From assembly GCA_004195615.1 (NCBI GenBank), contig PSPW01000001.1, forward strand, positions 210,881 through 274,880: a stretch of DNA of 64,000 nt, written 5' to 3'. The notes under the pieces were generated by a model. The model searched no databases. It had not been told where the DNA came from and worked only from the letters and a program-made list of their open reading frames with translations. Made by a program: the position numbers and the translations under genes. Every line of letters starts with the position of its first letter. Positions within the stretch are counted from its first letter, which is position 1. The DNA comes from Methanobacteriota archaeon. GTDB lineage: Archaea; Thermoplasmatota; Poseidoniia; Poseidoniales; Thalassarchaeaceae. Below, in pieces: positions 1 to 10,608 of the stretch.

Positions 1-1993
1 CACTGAGGAGATAGTCTGTGGCCAAGTCAATTGCGGGTGCGAAGCCCAGAACCTGGTTATGCGCAAGAGAGTGGTAAGCCATTGGGCCCTGAATGTTTCC
101 CGGCGGAACTTCAGGGAAATTCCCGTCAAAGTACACAATTGCTGAACCTGATATTGGAGCCTGAGCCACATCAAGATCATAGGGGTGATATGTTGAGTTT
201 GCTAGAACGGGAATCCCCGAAGTTCTTGATGCCCTATCCGCGGAGAGAGTCGTTACCTGGGCGTCATTGATAGAGACCAAGTAGAGAATCTCGAATGGGT
301 GGAGCTCCCCCTCCAAGCCTCCATCCCTGAAGGGAAGGTATGTCTCGGGTTCAGTAGTGTCCCACATTGACTGCATCAATGCCAATAGAATTGAGCGATC
401 CATTGTCGACTCGTATGCCAGAGGTGATGCGAATAGCTCCTCGAACTGGGTGTACTGAGTTGATCTTTCGACGATGAATCCGAAAGATGATCCTGCCACC
501 CAAAGCACGCCGCGATCTATTTCCTGGATTAGTGATAGCATTGAGGGACCTCTAATGCCACCCAATGAAACTCCCATGTAATCAACATCGGAAGTATCTA
601 CAAGATTGGTGCCATTGTGAAAGAATTCTGACAATTCAGAGCATACTCCCTTGATCGTTTTGATCATTGCTAGATGGTTTATCACAGATTGCTGAAGCCT
701 TTCGGACTGGTGCTGAAGATAGTTCACATTCATCAATCCAAAGGTAACTGCATCAAAATCTCCATCCGAACTCCAGCCCTTGAAGTCGGTTCCTATTGTG
801 GCCACTCCCGACTGATTTGCCCATCCCCTAAATCCTGAAACCATGCCCTCTCCATTACCCAAAAAACCATGTCCCAAGACTACTAGTGGGGCAGGTTGTG
901 AATTCTCTGCAGCTGACATCGGAATTGTGAGTGTGAAAACAACTTCGCTGAGGAAGTTAAATTTTGGTTTTCCATCTTCGTCTCGCGTCATTGGAGTTGG
1001 AGGATAAGTGGATTCCAGATAGTGAGGGGTCGTGATGGTTCCGCTGATTCTTCTGAGTGTGGAGTTATCGTTGCCATAGTTCTCATCGACGGAAGTAACG
1101 TTGCAACCTATTCCATCATCTCCCAGACGTTGAATTGCATCGTTTCGCATAGAAATTAGATTCTCCGTCAGTGATTGACTCGAAGCTGTGTGGAACCACC
1201 ATGCTGATTGGAGTGAAGCCCTTTCGAAGCCAACTTCTGAAAGTGCGGAAAACATAGTCTCGTAACCTAGACGAGCGTTCTCAATTTGGTCTGAATCTGT
1301 GGAGATTTCTTCTCTGAGTGCCATGAAAGCGTCAAATGGTTCCACTTCTGCCCCATCTGAATCAATCAAACCTCTGAAAGCAACAGCATACTGTGTGTTG
1401 TGTTCGAGACCTCTTAGAGACCTAATATGGACCAGAGTTGCCTCGCCCTCCTGGGTCCTTGAAGAAATCTCAACCCAGTGTTTGACAATTTCGCCAGAAT
1501 CCATGTTTAGTAAGACACTCCCATGTCCATTTGCTATTGAGGGTGCGATGTTGTCCTGAGACGCCAGACTGGAGATATTGGGAAGGCTACTGAAGGTGGT
1601 AAAAATCTGAGACGAGGGGGAGTGTCCGTCCCTGGAATTAATCATGTGGAATTCTTTGGAAGCAGCTGATGCAGAATCCGGAATGGCCTCTCCGAGGATA
1701 TTTACTCTGAATCCGGTCAATGATGTCGAATCACTCGAAAGAAATGCGGACGATGGGAAGGGAAGCAGACAATGATCTGGGTTTGTATTATCACAGAAGT
1801 TGTTTCCTGGGATGGAGATTTCCTCTTCCTCGATGGCATCGTCCTCGACAATAGAATCAGTAATTTCGCAGGATGAATCGTCTTGACAATCTTCAATTTC
1901 TGAAATCTCTGATACTTCGTCACTTAGGCATCCGGGCAGTATCAAAGAGGCCACTATTAATGCTGCGATAGCTCTTTTCGAGATTCGGTTCAC
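1..1993 (-). CDS. Secreted alpha/beta-hydrolase-fold protein, partial (C-terminus runs off the window start); signal peptide with possible lipobox (LILPGC)
   Basis: Hand translation of the minus strand from GTG at 1993 gives MNRISKRAIAALIVASLILPGC... The frame stays open to position 1. The protein contains an HG-type oxyanion motif (VLGHGFLGNGEG) and a GxSxG nucleophile elbow (YMGVSLGG). It is absent from the ORF track because the window truncates it. Confidence 0.5.
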   Translation of the reverse strand, partial: MNRISKRAIAALIVASLILPGCLSDEVSEISEIEDCQDDSSCEITDSIVEDDAIEEEEISIPGNNFCDNTNPDHCLLPFPSSAFLSSDSTSLTGFRVNILGEAIPDSASAASKEFHMINSRDGHSPSSQIFTTFSSLPNISSLASQDNIAPSIANGHGSVLLNMDSGEIVKHWVEISSRTQEGEATLVHIRSLRGLEHNTQYAVAFRGLIDSDGAEVEPFDAFMALREEISTDSDQIENARLGYETMFSALSEVGFERASLQSAWWFHTASSQSLTENLISMRNDAIQRLGDDGIGCNVTSVDENYGNDNSTLRRISGTITTPHYLESTYPPTPMTRDEDGKPKFNFLSEVVFTLTIPMSAAENSQPAPLVVLGHGFLGNGEGMVSGFRGWANQSGVATIGTDFKGWSSDGDFDAVTFGLMNVNYLQHQSERLQQSVINHLAMIKTIKGVCSELSEFFHNGTNLVDTSDVDYMGVSLGGIRGPSMLSLIQEIDRGVLWVAGSSFGFIVERSTQYTQFEELFASPLAYESTMDRSILLALMQSMWDTTEPETYLPFRDGGLEGELHPFEILYLVSINDAQVTTLSADRASRTSGIPVLANSTYHPYDLDVAQAPISGSAIVYFDGNFPEVPPGNIQGPMAYHSLAHNQVLGFAPAIDLATDYLLS

Positions 1994-2028
1994 ATTATTA
2001 CGAACAGAGGACCGGTTATGAATTGAAT

Positions 2029-3096
2029 CTAAGATGTGAGGATTTGATGAAAGTGATGAACTCCAGTCTCTTTGGTGGGGGAGTACCGTCCCCGATCGTA
2101 AGTTTGAGATGAAACTCCCCTCTGTGTTGTCTCGACGATTTCCTGATCTTCTGATTCGACCTTGTCCAAGTCACCACCGGCCCCCTTTCCGAGCATCCTC
2201 TTGTCCCAGACAAAACCGTGATAGATGATCCTGGTTTGATCAACTGACAAAGGAACTACCAAGTTAACAGAAAGACCCCATGGGTAGAAGTTTAGCATCA
2301 GACCAGGGAATATCCAAAAGTAGTATGCAGCTACACTGAGACCAAAATCAGGAGAATTTTCTGGGATGTCAAATGTAGACTCACCCTCGCTGGCGATTCC
2401 AATTTGGAGAACTCCACCCTCAAAAAGTTCCGTCTGATAATTATCATAGTCCAATGCTCTATTGAGGTCCTTGTGAACGAATGGTATGTGAAAACCCTCC
2501 AGATAGTTGTCAACATATAGCGCCCAGTTTGCTTTGACTTCGTAGCTCCGGTTTCGAGTAGGATCGTATTCAAATGTCTCTATTGGCATCCAACCAACTC
2601 TTTTTTCCATCTCATCTAGGCATGATTTCAGATTTGAAGGTTCGACTCCCGTGAATATGAGTCCCTTCCAACTGAGAGTTGGGAAATTCCTCAAGTCATC
2701 TAGTTCACTGGGAAAATCTTCTACTCCATCGAATTCTGGCATTGATCTCAACACCCCATCAAGATCGAAGGTTCGACCGTGGTAGGGACACTGAATGGCG
2801 TTCTTAGAACAGGTTCCATCGACGACCAGCATCCCCCGATGGGTACAGACATTCGAAAGGCATCTAATTTCTCCATCCATCGTCATAATCATCGGCTCGT
2901 CAATTAAGTTCTCCATATGGCTCAATTCAATTGTGGAGAAATTGGCGAGTTGGCTTTTATGTGCCGCGAAATGCCATAATTTCCTAAATCCGAGTTTCAG
3001 TTCTACGAATCTGTCGGGATCAACATAGTATGAAGATGGAAGGGTTCGAGCCTTCCTGATGTCTGAATCAATGAGGGTGGACAAGGTTAGCGCCAA
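2029..3096 (-). CDS. Rieske [2Fe-2S] non-heme iron oxygenase, alpha-subunit-like
   Basis: Rieske motif CTHRG...CPYHG. Mononuclear iron motif NWALYVDNYLEGFHIPFVH (NWK...D..H....H type). Length 355 aa. Confidence 0.7.
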   Translation of the reverse strand: MALTLSTLIDSDIRKARTLPSSYYVDPDRFVELKLGFRKLWHFAAHKSQLANFSTIELSHMENLIDEPMIMTMDGEIRCLSNVCTHRGMLVVDGTCSKNAIQCPYHGRTFDLDGVLRSMPEFDGVEDFPSELDDLRNFPTLSWKGLIFTGVEPSNLKSCLDEMEKRVGWMPIETFEYDPTRNRSYEVKANWALYVDNYLEGFHIPFVHKDLNRALDYDNYQTELFEGGVLQIGIASEGESTFDIPENSPDFGLSVAAYYFWIFPGLMLNFYPWGLSVNLVVPLSVDQTRIIYHGFVWDKRMLGKGAGGDLDKVESEDQEIVETTQRGVSSQTYDRGRYSPTKETGVHHFHQILTS

Positions 3097-3102
3097 TCAC
3101 CC

Positions 3103-3600
3103 CTAGACGCAATCCGATGTAGCCATTTCGACGTTTGACATGTATTCTGCGAAGCTCTGAACTCGCGCTTTGTTGACACCGAGATCGGAAACTCCTAGAC
3201 GTGATTTTGAGTATACATGAAGCACTGTTTTGCCATCTTCGCAGAAGCCCCTGACTACGAAATCATCTGGAAATCGGAACATGAGTGTTCGGAAAACAGA
3301 GTGTGTTTGTTCGGACCAGTCACCAATTACACTGGTCCCAGACTGGGAGTCAATCCAGGTTCTTACCTCGTCCATTACATCTTCAAGACTGGAATTGAGT
3401 CTCAATTCAGTGAGGTTTCCACTCCTGTAAGTGTTAGGACCTATTATTGAGCAATTTAGCGAATCATCGGAGCACCTTTCAGGAAAGGCATCGGGTTCGA
3501 TTACTTCATCCGGTGCTGCAATTTGAATGGAAATAATGGAGATCAAATATACCGATACAATACCCAATACGAACAATGGTAGTCTGCTTTGCTTGGTCAC
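3103..3600 (-). CDS. Hypothetical signal-anchored or secreted protein
   Basis: N-terminal hydrophobic segment LPLFVLGIVSVYLISIISIQIAA. No recognisable catalytic motif. Overlaps the grpE stop by 4 nt (operon-like). Confidence 0.35.
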   Translation of the reverse strand: MTKQSRLPLFVLGIVSVYLISIISIQIAAPDEVIEPDAFPERCSDDSLNCSIIGPNTYRSGNLTELRLNSSLEDVMDEVRTWIDSQSGTSVIGDWSEQTHSVFRTLMFRFPDDFVVRGFCEDGKTVLHVYSKSRLGVSDLGVNKARVQSFAEYMSNVEMATSDCV

Positions 3601-4097
3601 GAGTCCCCCTCGGCGACAATAACTCTAGATGCCCTAAGGACACGATCATGCATCCTGTAACCGCTCTCTATTACCTCTATGACGCTACCCGGTTCCTCTC
3701 CTTCCGGGCAGGGGACGGTTGCTATTGCCTCCATGCAAGTAGGATCGAATTTCTTACCTAGAGTTTCAATCTGGGAGATTCCCTCGGCTTCTAGGGATGA
3801 CTTGATTCCGTCTAGGGTTAGTTTTACGCCCTCGATTATGGACTCTAATCCATCTCCTCCCTCTGATGCATCGACTGCCTTGGATAGGTGATCGATGGTT
3901 GGAATAAGTCTCCTTGCGAGAGAAGCGCCGCCATACTTCAGGGCTTCTGACCTATCTCTGGCTGCCCTCTGAATGACGTTTGCAGTCTCCGCCTTAGCAT
4001 ACTGAATCTCCTTTTCTAGTTCAGAAACTCTTGATTCAAGGTCGTGCTCCTCTGGAACAGAAATCTCTTTTTCGTCGTCCGGCATCTCTTCCTTCAC
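3597..4097 (-). CDS. grpE: GrpE nucleotide exchange factor
   Basis: Coiled-coil N-terminus followed by a GrpE-like C-terminal domain (…RAARDRSEALKYGGASLARRLIPTIDHL…GYRMHDRVLRASRV). Confidence 0.75.
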   Translation of the reverse strand: MKEEMPDDEKEISVPEEHDLESRVSELEKEIQYAKAETANVIQRAARDRSEALKYGGASLARRLIPTIDHLSKAVDASEGGDGLESIIEGVKLTLDGIKSSLEAEGISQIETLGKKFDPTCMEAIATVPCPEGEEPGSVIEVIESGYRMHDRVLRASRVIVAEGDS

Positions 4098-4140
4098 GTC
4101 AATGGGCTGGAATGCCCCCTCAAGAATCCAATGGTCGATT

Positions 4141-5910
4141 CTAGTCTGAGTAGAAGTATTCGCCGGATGACTTCTGTTCGCGGTCCTTCCTACTCGAGGG
4201 TTTGTTTATCCTTGGCCTATGAGACTCTACGTCCCTTCGGAAGGTAACATCGGCATCAGAAAGGAACAGGTTCATCCCCTTTCGGAGGGAGAGGGGGCCC
4301 ACTGCTTGGCCATGGCTGCCACCCTCACCCTGGAAAACAAGTAATGAATCGCTGACAATATCTAGGAAATATGTGTCGTGATCAATCACCATTGCAGCCT
4401 TCTCATTGCTTTCCATTGTTCTTCTGATGGCCTTTGCTGCCTCCATCCGAGCGTCTGCGTCGAGATGTGCACTTGGTTCGTCAAATAAGTACAAATCTGC
4501 CTCCTTACCTAGGCATATCGCTATGCTAACAGCTTGAAGTTCTCCCCCGGAAAGTTTCGTAGCATGCAAATCCAGCATCTTGTCAACTTGGAGTGCACGA
4601 GTAACTTGAGTATGGAACACCCCCCCACGCCATTTACTTCCTAGCTCTGAATCAAGCCATTCTTGCACCGTCCCTTCGAAATCAGTTCTAACATGCTGAG
4701 GTTTGTATGAGACCTTGGCATCCATTGTGCACCATCCCTCATCAGGGTCCATCTCACCTGCAATGATTTTGACCAGCGTTGTCTTTCCCGTTGCATTCGG
4801 CCCTACTACGCCCACAACTTCGGCTGATTTCACTTCGCCTTCACCGGTCTTCAGGTTGAAGTCACCCAGGGTTTTCTCTATCGACCCCCATTTTAGTACG
4901 GGAGCTCCTGCCCCCTCGCCACGTGTGCGCCCTCTCAGGAATCGAATTGGCTTGTCTCTAATCCGGACATTCTCCTCGGGTAGGAAACCATCCAAGTAGG
5001 CATTGATTGCAGTCCTGGTTGACCTAGGTGGGGTGAAGATTCCGTAAGCTGATCGCTCCCCATATATTACGTGGACTAAGTCGCATAGTACATCCAGTAT
5101 TGCCAAGTCGTGCTCAACAACAAGCACTCTCTTTCCTCTCTCAGCCATATCCCTGACCACTCTCACCATCCTCATCCTCTCATATATGTCCAAGTAGGAA
5201 GATGGCTCATCGAAGAAGTATACATCTGCTTCCTTTAGGAGGGTGGCACAGATGGCAACCCTCTGTAATTCTCCACCAGATAGAGCGTCTAACTTTCTAT
5301 CTAGGATATGGGAGATGCCCAAAAGTTCGGAGTACTTCACAATCTCATTTCGATCGTCAACTCGATCCAGCAGTTCGTTGACTTCACCTTCGAAAATCTT
5401 AGGAAGCCTATCGATGTACTGCGGCTTCACTGCTATGCTAACTTCCCCCTCAGACACCAGCCCAAGATAGTCCCTCAATTCTCCTCTTGGAAATGTGGTG
5501 ATGACTTGCTCCCAATCGGGAAAAGGATTTTCCCAGTCTCCAAGATTGGGTCTGAATGTACCTGAAAGGAGGTTGATTGCGGTTGACTTGCCAATACCAT
5601 TCTGCCCAAGAATCCCGACAATCTGGTCTTGACGAGGGGAGGGGAGTCTGAAGAGTCTGAAAGAGTTCTCTCCGTAGGAGTGAGTCAGATCGGTATCGAG
5701 TTCCTCGGGGAGATTGATGATTTTTACTGCTCCATCCGGGCAGTGCTTTGCCCTCGTGAAGCAAACTGGGCAGGCTGTCTCAAGAATCTTACATTTCGAT
5801 CCCTCTACTTGTATGCACTCCCTATCGCACATTGCGGAGTACTTCTTCAGATAAGCGAATGCATTGCTGTTGGGCTTGCAGCGTTCCTCCAATAGAACTG
5901 CCACCCTCAT
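4141..5910 (-). CDS. abce1: ABCE1/RNase L inhibitor (ribosome recycling ABC ATPase) with N-terminal 4Fe-4S domain
   Basis: N-terminal Cys-rich ferredoxin-like region (CDRECIQ…[15 protein letters not shown]). Two ABC cassettes with GQNGIGKST and GPNATGKTT Walker A and LSGGELQ signature motifs. Length 589 aa. Confidence 0.9.
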   Translation of the reverse strand: MRVAVLLEERCKPNSNAFAYLKKYSAMCDRECIQVEGSKCKILETACPVCFTRAKHCPDGAVKIINLPEELDTDLTHSYGENSFRLFRLPSPRQDQIVGILGQNGIGKSTAINLLSGTFRPNLGDWENPFPDWEQVITTFPRGELRDYLGLVSEGEVSIAVKPQYIDRLPKIFEGEVNELLDRVDDRNEIVKYSELLGISHILDRKLDALSGGELQRVAICATLLKEADVYFFDEPSSYLDIYERMRMVRVVRDMAERGKRVLVVEHDLAILDVLCDLVHVIYGERSAYGIFTPPRSTRTAINAYLDGFLPEENVRIRDKPIRFLRGRTRGEGAGAPVLKWGSIEKTLGDFNLKTGEGEVKSAEVVGVVGPNATGKTTLVKIIAGEMDPDEGWCTMDAKVSYKPQHVRTDFEGTVQEWLDSELGSKWRGGVFHTQVTRALQVDKMLDLHATKLSGGELQAVSIAICLGKEADLYLFDEPSAHLDADARMEAAKAIRRTMESNEKAAMVIDHDTYFLDIVSDSLLVFQGEGGSHGQAVGPLSLRKGMNLFLSDADVTFRRDVESHRPRINKPSSRKDREQKSSGEYFYSD

Positions 5911-5976
5911 GCCTAACCCTCTTTACCATTGACTAATACATCTTCCATGCGTTAGATGACACAAACTCGTTTGCCG

Positions 5977-7227
5977 TCAGAATCCGAAGAATCGATGCCT
6001 CACGTACACGTATCCAGCAAGCAGAATCTTCTCGGTTTTGGATAGTTGTATTCTCTCCGTAATAACATCACCATTCTTTTTGGAGATCTTAGTCATAATT
6101 GACTGGTAGAATGAGGCCATCGCAGCGGGAGAATATCGAGCTGACTTATCCAAGTGAGAGAAGAGTTTGAATGCTCGTTGCCGATAGTCATCGGCCCTTT
6201 CCAAGTATTCCTTCACAAACGGTGTCCAACCAGGATGGTTGAGCAAATCCACCCCACTCTTGACGTCATCCTCCGATATCCCCCATCGTGCCAGATCTTC
6301 CATGGGCAGGTAAATCCGATCTCTCTGAGCATCCTCTGAGACATCTCTGATGATGTTGATTAGTTGCATGAAGACTCCCCAAGACTCGGCGTACTCCTTC
6401 GCTTTGGGATCGTCGTATCCGTATATCTCGATACATACGAGGCCGACTGTAGAAGCGACTCGGTAGCAGTACGAGTATAGCTCTTCGAAGGTCTGATATC
6501 GGTTCTTGTGGAAGTCGTTCTCCATCCCACTGATCATGTCGTCTAGCAATTGCCTCTGAATTCCGTATTTTCTTACAGTGTCCTTGAGGGCAATAAAAAT
6601 TGGATCGGTTGATGTGAAACCACCATATGCAGTTGAGAGTTTCTTTCGATAGTAAAACAATTGGGACATCTTGTCGTTGTATGTAGATCTGTCTAGAACT
6701 GGTCCACTGAGGCTCAGTCTTTCAATGTCCGACCTGTAACTTACAGATTCTGGATCATCTGAGGAACCTCCTGGGAAGACATCTACAAAATCGCCATCGG
6801 CAATATCGTCTGCCCTACGGCAAAATGCGTAATACGCCATTATTGAACGGCGCTTCTCTTCTGGTAGGTACTTGAAAGAGTGATAGAAATTTCCTGCTTC
6901 CCTGCGAGTGAGTTCCTCGCAGAATTCGTATGATGTCTCGATCATGTGTTCGGGAACTTCTGGCTCGGTCCAGATGGCAGCGTCAATGTGCTTGAATGGG
7001 TCCAGCAATTCCCCCCTAGATCCGATAACCCCCATGAAGAGGGCGCTTTCTCGGACTGCCTCTAGGGCTGTAATGCTGATTGCTCTAGCAGCCTCCTTGG
7101 TGATATCAACTGCAGCTCTGACGATGTCTATCTGCTCTTCATTATGGCCTAAGGGTTCTGAATTGACGGATTCGTCGAGCTCCGCATCGAAGATGATCTC
7201 GCTGTCAGATTCGGTACCCTGGGCCAT
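5977..7227 (-). CDS. Phytoene synthase-like (CrtB/HpnD-like) trans-isoprenyl diphosphate synthase with ~100-aa acidic N-terminal extension
   Basis: First Asp-rich motif AFCRRADDIADG. Second motif LLDDMISGMENDF. YCYRVASTVGL box typical of phytoene and dehydrosqualene synthases. Confidence 0.7.
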   Translation of the reverse strand: MAQGTESDSEIIFDAELDESVNSEPLGHNEEQIDIVRAAVDITKEAARAISITALEAVRESALFMGVIGSRGELLDPFKHIDAAIWTEPEVPEHMIETSYEFCEELTRREAGNFYHSFKYLPEEKRRSIMAYYAFCRRADDIADGDFVDVFPGGSSDDPESVSYRSDIERLSLSGPVLDRSTYNDKMSQLFYYRKKLSTAYGGFTSTDPIFIALKDTVRKYGIQRQLLDDMISGMENDFHKNRYQTFEELYSYCYRVASTVGLVCIEIYGYDDPKAKEYAESWGVFMQLINIIRDVSEDAQRDRIYLPMEDLARWGISEDDVKSGVDLLNHPGWTPFVKEYLERADDYRQRAFKLFSHLDKSARYSPAAMASFYQSIMTKISKKNGDVITERIQLSKTEKILLAGYVYVRHRFFGF

Positions 7228-7335
7228 GTAGTTTCATAATTGGGCGGAGTCTTGGTCCACTTGAATGTCTCCCGAATGAGACTGTGTGTTGCATCGTTAG
7301 TTACGACGGGAGAAAATTGGCGGCCTTCTGCTCCC

Positions 7336-8346
7336 TCACTCTCTTAGAATCTTCTTGCTATATCCTTTGAATGGGACTGCTAAAACCACCTTCTTGACGA
7401 CATCGCTGATTTCAGATCTGTCAATCTTGATCCTGTTGCTAGGATCAAGTACATTTTTTCCTCTCAGAATAGAAACTGTCCTCTTTCCAATAATTACTGG
7501 CAGCATGCAAGCACCCCTGAGACGGAACTGCGAATGGGGCAACATCTCGATGTACTGGATAGCTGAAGTCAGATATTTGTCAGTCAAATCCAGATATTCA
7601 TTGTACAGGGGTCTGAATACATCCATGCTAGACGGTTCCAGTAGATCTTTCGGAGTTATTCCATGTTCTGCTAGTCTTCTACTTGGAATGTAGCACCTCC
7701 CCAATGACAAATCTGCTGGGATGTCTCTCAGGATGTTGATCATCTGAAGAGCCTTGCCGAATCTGACGCCCTTCTCAAAGAGCTCGGACTCTTTGTTTTC
7801 CTCTTTGAGGCTGAATAGGTGGTCGAGGGACATCCTAGTCCAGAATTCTCCAACGCTGCCAGCTACTCGATAGGCGTAATCATCCAGTTCTTCATCCCCC
7901 TCTAATGACAATATTGAGCTTTCAACGGACGAGAATCGCTGTAAGTCGAGAATCTGCCCGCCGATGATAATCCCTAGGCAAAGACGAATTGCTGTCTGAT
8001 CCGATTCCGAGAAGTCTCCAATCTTGGATACGATTTCTTCTACTTTCTTTAGAAGTGAGGCTTCTGATTTGTTGCCTTGTGATTCTGCTATCGAAGTCAG
8101 ATCTGGTGATCTGTCGGTTAACCCCTGTGAGAATTCATTGTATGACTCGAGTGCCTCCAAGAGTTCATCCGGCACTCCTGCTTCTGAGTCGGCGATTGTG
8201 TCCGAGGTTCTTGCTAACATATACAGAAGGCTAACCTGGGGCCTAATCGCCCTGGGTAGCTCCTTGAGCGAGAGATAGAATGAGCGAGAGGTCCTCTCCA
8301 ATATCGAGTCCAACTCCGAGTTGAAGATGCCCGACATGGATACCAA
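7336..8346 (-). CDS. Squalene synthase-like (HpnC/SQS-like) trans-isoprenyl diphosphate synthase
   Basis: TSRSFYLSL…LLYMLARTSDTIADS resembles the SQS SRSF…LVLRALDTVEDD region. YAYRVAGSVGEF box present. Confidence 0.65.
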   Translation of the reverse strand: MVSMSGIFNSELDSILERTSRSFYLSLKELPRAIRPQVSLLYMLARTSDTIADSEAGVPDELLEALESYNEFSQGLTDRSPDLTSIAESQGNKSEASLLKKVEEIVSKIGDFSESDQTAIRLCLGIIIGGQILDLQRFSSVESSILSLEGDEELDDYAYRVAGSVGEFWTRMSLDHLFSLKEENKESELFEKGVRFGKALQMINILRDIPADLSLGRCYIPSRRLAEHGITPKDLLEPSSMDVFRPLYNEYLDLTDKYLTSAIQYIEMLPHSQFRLRGACMLPVIIGKRTVSILRGKNVLDPSNRIKIDRSEISDVVKKVVLAVPFKGYSKKILRE

Positions 8347-8372
8347 CTAAGTCTCGCTGAGCGTCCCTGTTC

Positions 8373-9302
8373 CTAAGACTCTCGCAGGCCCGCTTCAACC
8401 AATGCTGATACCAGTGCCTCGCCAATCTTTGATGGATCGCGAGCGATGTGAATGCCAGCATCCTCGAATGCCGCGAACTTCTCCTCTGCCGTACCCTTTC
8501 CTCCTGAAATGATTGCCCCTGCATGGCCCATCCTCTTCCCGGGTGGAGCAGTGGCTCCGGCTACGAATCCAACAATTGGCTTGGAGAAGTTATCCTTAGA
8601 CCATTCTGCTGCTTCCTCTTCCGCCGTACCACCTATCTCGCCGATTATTACAACTGCCTTGGTATCGGGATCTTTCTGGAATGCTTCAAGGCAGTCGATA
8701 AATCCGGTCCCGTTAACTGGATCGCCTCCGATTCCGACGCAGGTTGTTTGGCCTTCTCCTACACTCATGGTTTGCGCGACAGCCTCGTAAGTCAGAGTGC
8801 CAGACTTGGAAATGATGCCGATCCTGCCTTTGGCATGGATGTAACCGGGCATGATTCCTATCTTGCAACCGCCCTCGTCACTGGGGGAGATGATTCCGGG
8901 ACAATTAGGGCCTATTAGCCTCACACCCTGTCTTTTTTCCAAATGAGATACGACCTTCATCATGTCTAGAGTTGGAATTCCCTCGGTGATGCAGACTATT
9001 AGTCCGCCTCCATTTAATTCGTAGAATGAGTCTGCAGCCTCAATTATTGCTGGAGCCGCGAATCGGGCTGGCACGTAGATCACACTCGCCTCGGCCCCAG
9101 TCGAGGAAATTGCTTCTGACATCGTATCGAAAACTGGAACTGACCTCCCGGGCAGCTCTACAATCTGTCCTCCCTTGCCAGGAGTCACGCCACCAACAAT
9201 GTCGGTCCCGTATTCGACCATTCGAGTTCCATGGAATGTTCCCTGGCTACCGGTGATTCCCTGTACCAGAACCTTGGTCTCCTCATTTATCCAAATGCTC
9301 AT
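8373..9302 (-). CDS. sucD: Succinyl-CoA synthetase alpha subunit
   Basis: Collinear with E. coli SucD (…[15 protein letters not shown]…[10 protein letters not shown]…[10 protein letters not shown]…). The start overlaps the sucC stop by 4 nt. Confidence 0.9.
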   Translation of the reverse strand: MSIWINEETKVLVQGITGSQGTFHGTRMVEYGTDIVGGVTPGKGGQIVELPGRSVPVFDTMSEAISSTGAEASVIYVPARFAAPAIIEAADSFYELNGGGLIVCITEGIPTLDMMKVVSHLEKRQGVRLIGPNCPGIISPSDEGGCKIGIMPGYIHAKGRIGIISKSGTLTYEAVAQTMSVGEGQTTCVGIGGDPVNGTGFIDCLEAFQKDPDTKAVVIIGEIGGTAEEEAAEWSKDNFSKPIVGFVAGATAPPGKRMGHAGAIISGGKGTAEEKFAAFEDAGIHIARDPSKIGEALVSALVEAGLRES

Positions 9303-10510
9303 GACGACCCCCCTCCAATCGTGTTGACTATTGCTTCACCCGCGTCCCCAAGTGTGCTAACAGTGATTACATCGAGATCTGAGTCTTCCAGAACCTTCCT
9401 GCCTTCCTCGTGATTTGTGCCCGAGAACCTGACTACCAGGGGAATCTGTAGGCCAGTCTCCTCCGAGGCTTCGATAATGCTCCTAGCAACCATGTCGCAT
9501 CTGATTATCCCCCCGAATATGTTGACCAGGATTCCTTCTAAACGAGGATCCTCCAGTATTATCCCGAATGCTGCAATGATAGATTCGCTATCAGCACCAC
9601 CTCCGATATCGAGGAAATTTGCTGGTTCTCCTCCGTACAACTTGATCACATCCATTGTAGCCATTGCCAAACCAGCACCATTGACCAAGCAACCGATGTT
9701 GCCCTCCAAATCGACATATGATAGACTATGTTCATGCGCTCTTACTTCCACATCTGACTCTTCTGAGATGTCCCGGAGATCGTCCCACCATGGATGCCTG
9801 AATGCGGCATTGTCATCGAAACTGACCTTGGCATCCAAGGCCACCATAGACCCCTCTCCAGTTCTGACAAGCGGATTAATTTCGATCATCGAACAATCCT
9901 TTTCGACGAACAAAGATGACAGGTTTCCAATCATTTCCAAGAATGAGCGGTGAGAAGCCTCCGATAGCCCCAGAGAGGATGCAAGAGCACCAGCGACCTC
10001 TTCATCCAGGCCCTCCGATGGATCGAACCATGCTTTGTGGATAGCTTCGGGCGAAGTCTCCGCGACCTCTTCTATATCCACGCCACCCTCGGTTGATCCC
10101 ATGATTAGAATGGAGTCCCTCTCCCTGTCCACAAGCAATGCCAGATAGTACTCGTGAGCAATGTCACAACCTGCTTCCACATACAAGTTGCTGACCATCT
10201 TCCCGGAAGGACCGGTCTGCTTGGTAACAAGCCTGTGACCTAGGATATTTGAGGCGAAATCTCTGACTTCGTCCCTGGATAAGGCCACCTTCACCCCTCC
10301 CTGCATTACCAAGTCTCCAGAGTCAGGGCAGAACAAGTCCCCCTTGCCCCGCCCTCCGGCATGGATCTGGCTTTTTACTGCGACAACATCTGAGCCAAGG
10401 GAGTCGTAGGCAGATAGTGCCTGATCGACGGTCGTACAGTGAAATCCCTGCTGTACTAACACGCCTGACTCCCTGAACATGGCCTTTGCCTGGTACTCGT
10501 GAATATTCAT
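9299..10510 (-). CDS. sucC: Succinyl-CoA synthetase beta subunit (ATP-grasp)
   Basis: N-terminus [12 protein letters not shown] matches the SucC consensus. The ORF-track start at 10522 would overlap the divergent neighbour, so the true start is probably the ATG at ~10510. Confidence 0.9.
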   Translation of the reverse strand: MNIHEYQAKAMFRESGVLVQQGFHCTTVDQALSAYDSLGSDVVAVKSQIHAGGRGKGDLFCPDSGDLVMQGGVKVALSRDEVRDFASNILGHRLVTKQTGPSGKMVSNLYVEAGCDIAHEYYLALLVDRERDSILIMGSTEGGVDIEEVAETSPEAIHKAWFDPSEGLDEEVAGALASSLGLSEASHRSFLEMIGNLSSLFVEKDCSMIEINPLVRTGEGSMVALDAKVSFDDNAAFRHPWWDDLRDISEESDVEVRAHEHSLSYVDLEGNIGCLVNGAGLAMATMDVIKLYGGEPANFLDIGGGADSESIIAAFGIILEDPRLEGILVNIFGGIIRCDMVARSIIEASEETGLQIPLVVRFSGTNHEEGRKVLEDSDLDVITVSTLGDAGEAIVNTIGGGSS

Positions 10511-10608
10511 TGGCCGCCCCAACCGAGGTGTGCCCTTGAAGGATGCGGCAGCACATTTTCCGAAGAAAAATCGCGAAGCGATGAAAGGCAGGATGGTGCT
10601 GGGAGTGA

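Noticed and set aside
31-270. Short ORFs from the six-frame track in the first 2 kb (31–270, 1299–1559, 1717–1923)
   Set aside because: They lie inside or antisense to the long edge-truncated minus-strand alpha/beta-hydrolase ORF (1–1993). They have no motifs and are typical six-frame noise.
10499-10522. Apparent overlaps of divergent gene starts (sucC/NTP-transferase at 10499–10522; crotonase/ALDH at 20722–20729; GT4/GT2 at 53573–53679; STAND/uvrC at 61656–61668)
   Set aside because: These are artefacts of taking the longest ORF with alternative start codons. Conserved N-terminal motifs ([45 protein letters not shown]…GVYLF) indicate internal true starts that restore normal divergent intergenic promoter regions.
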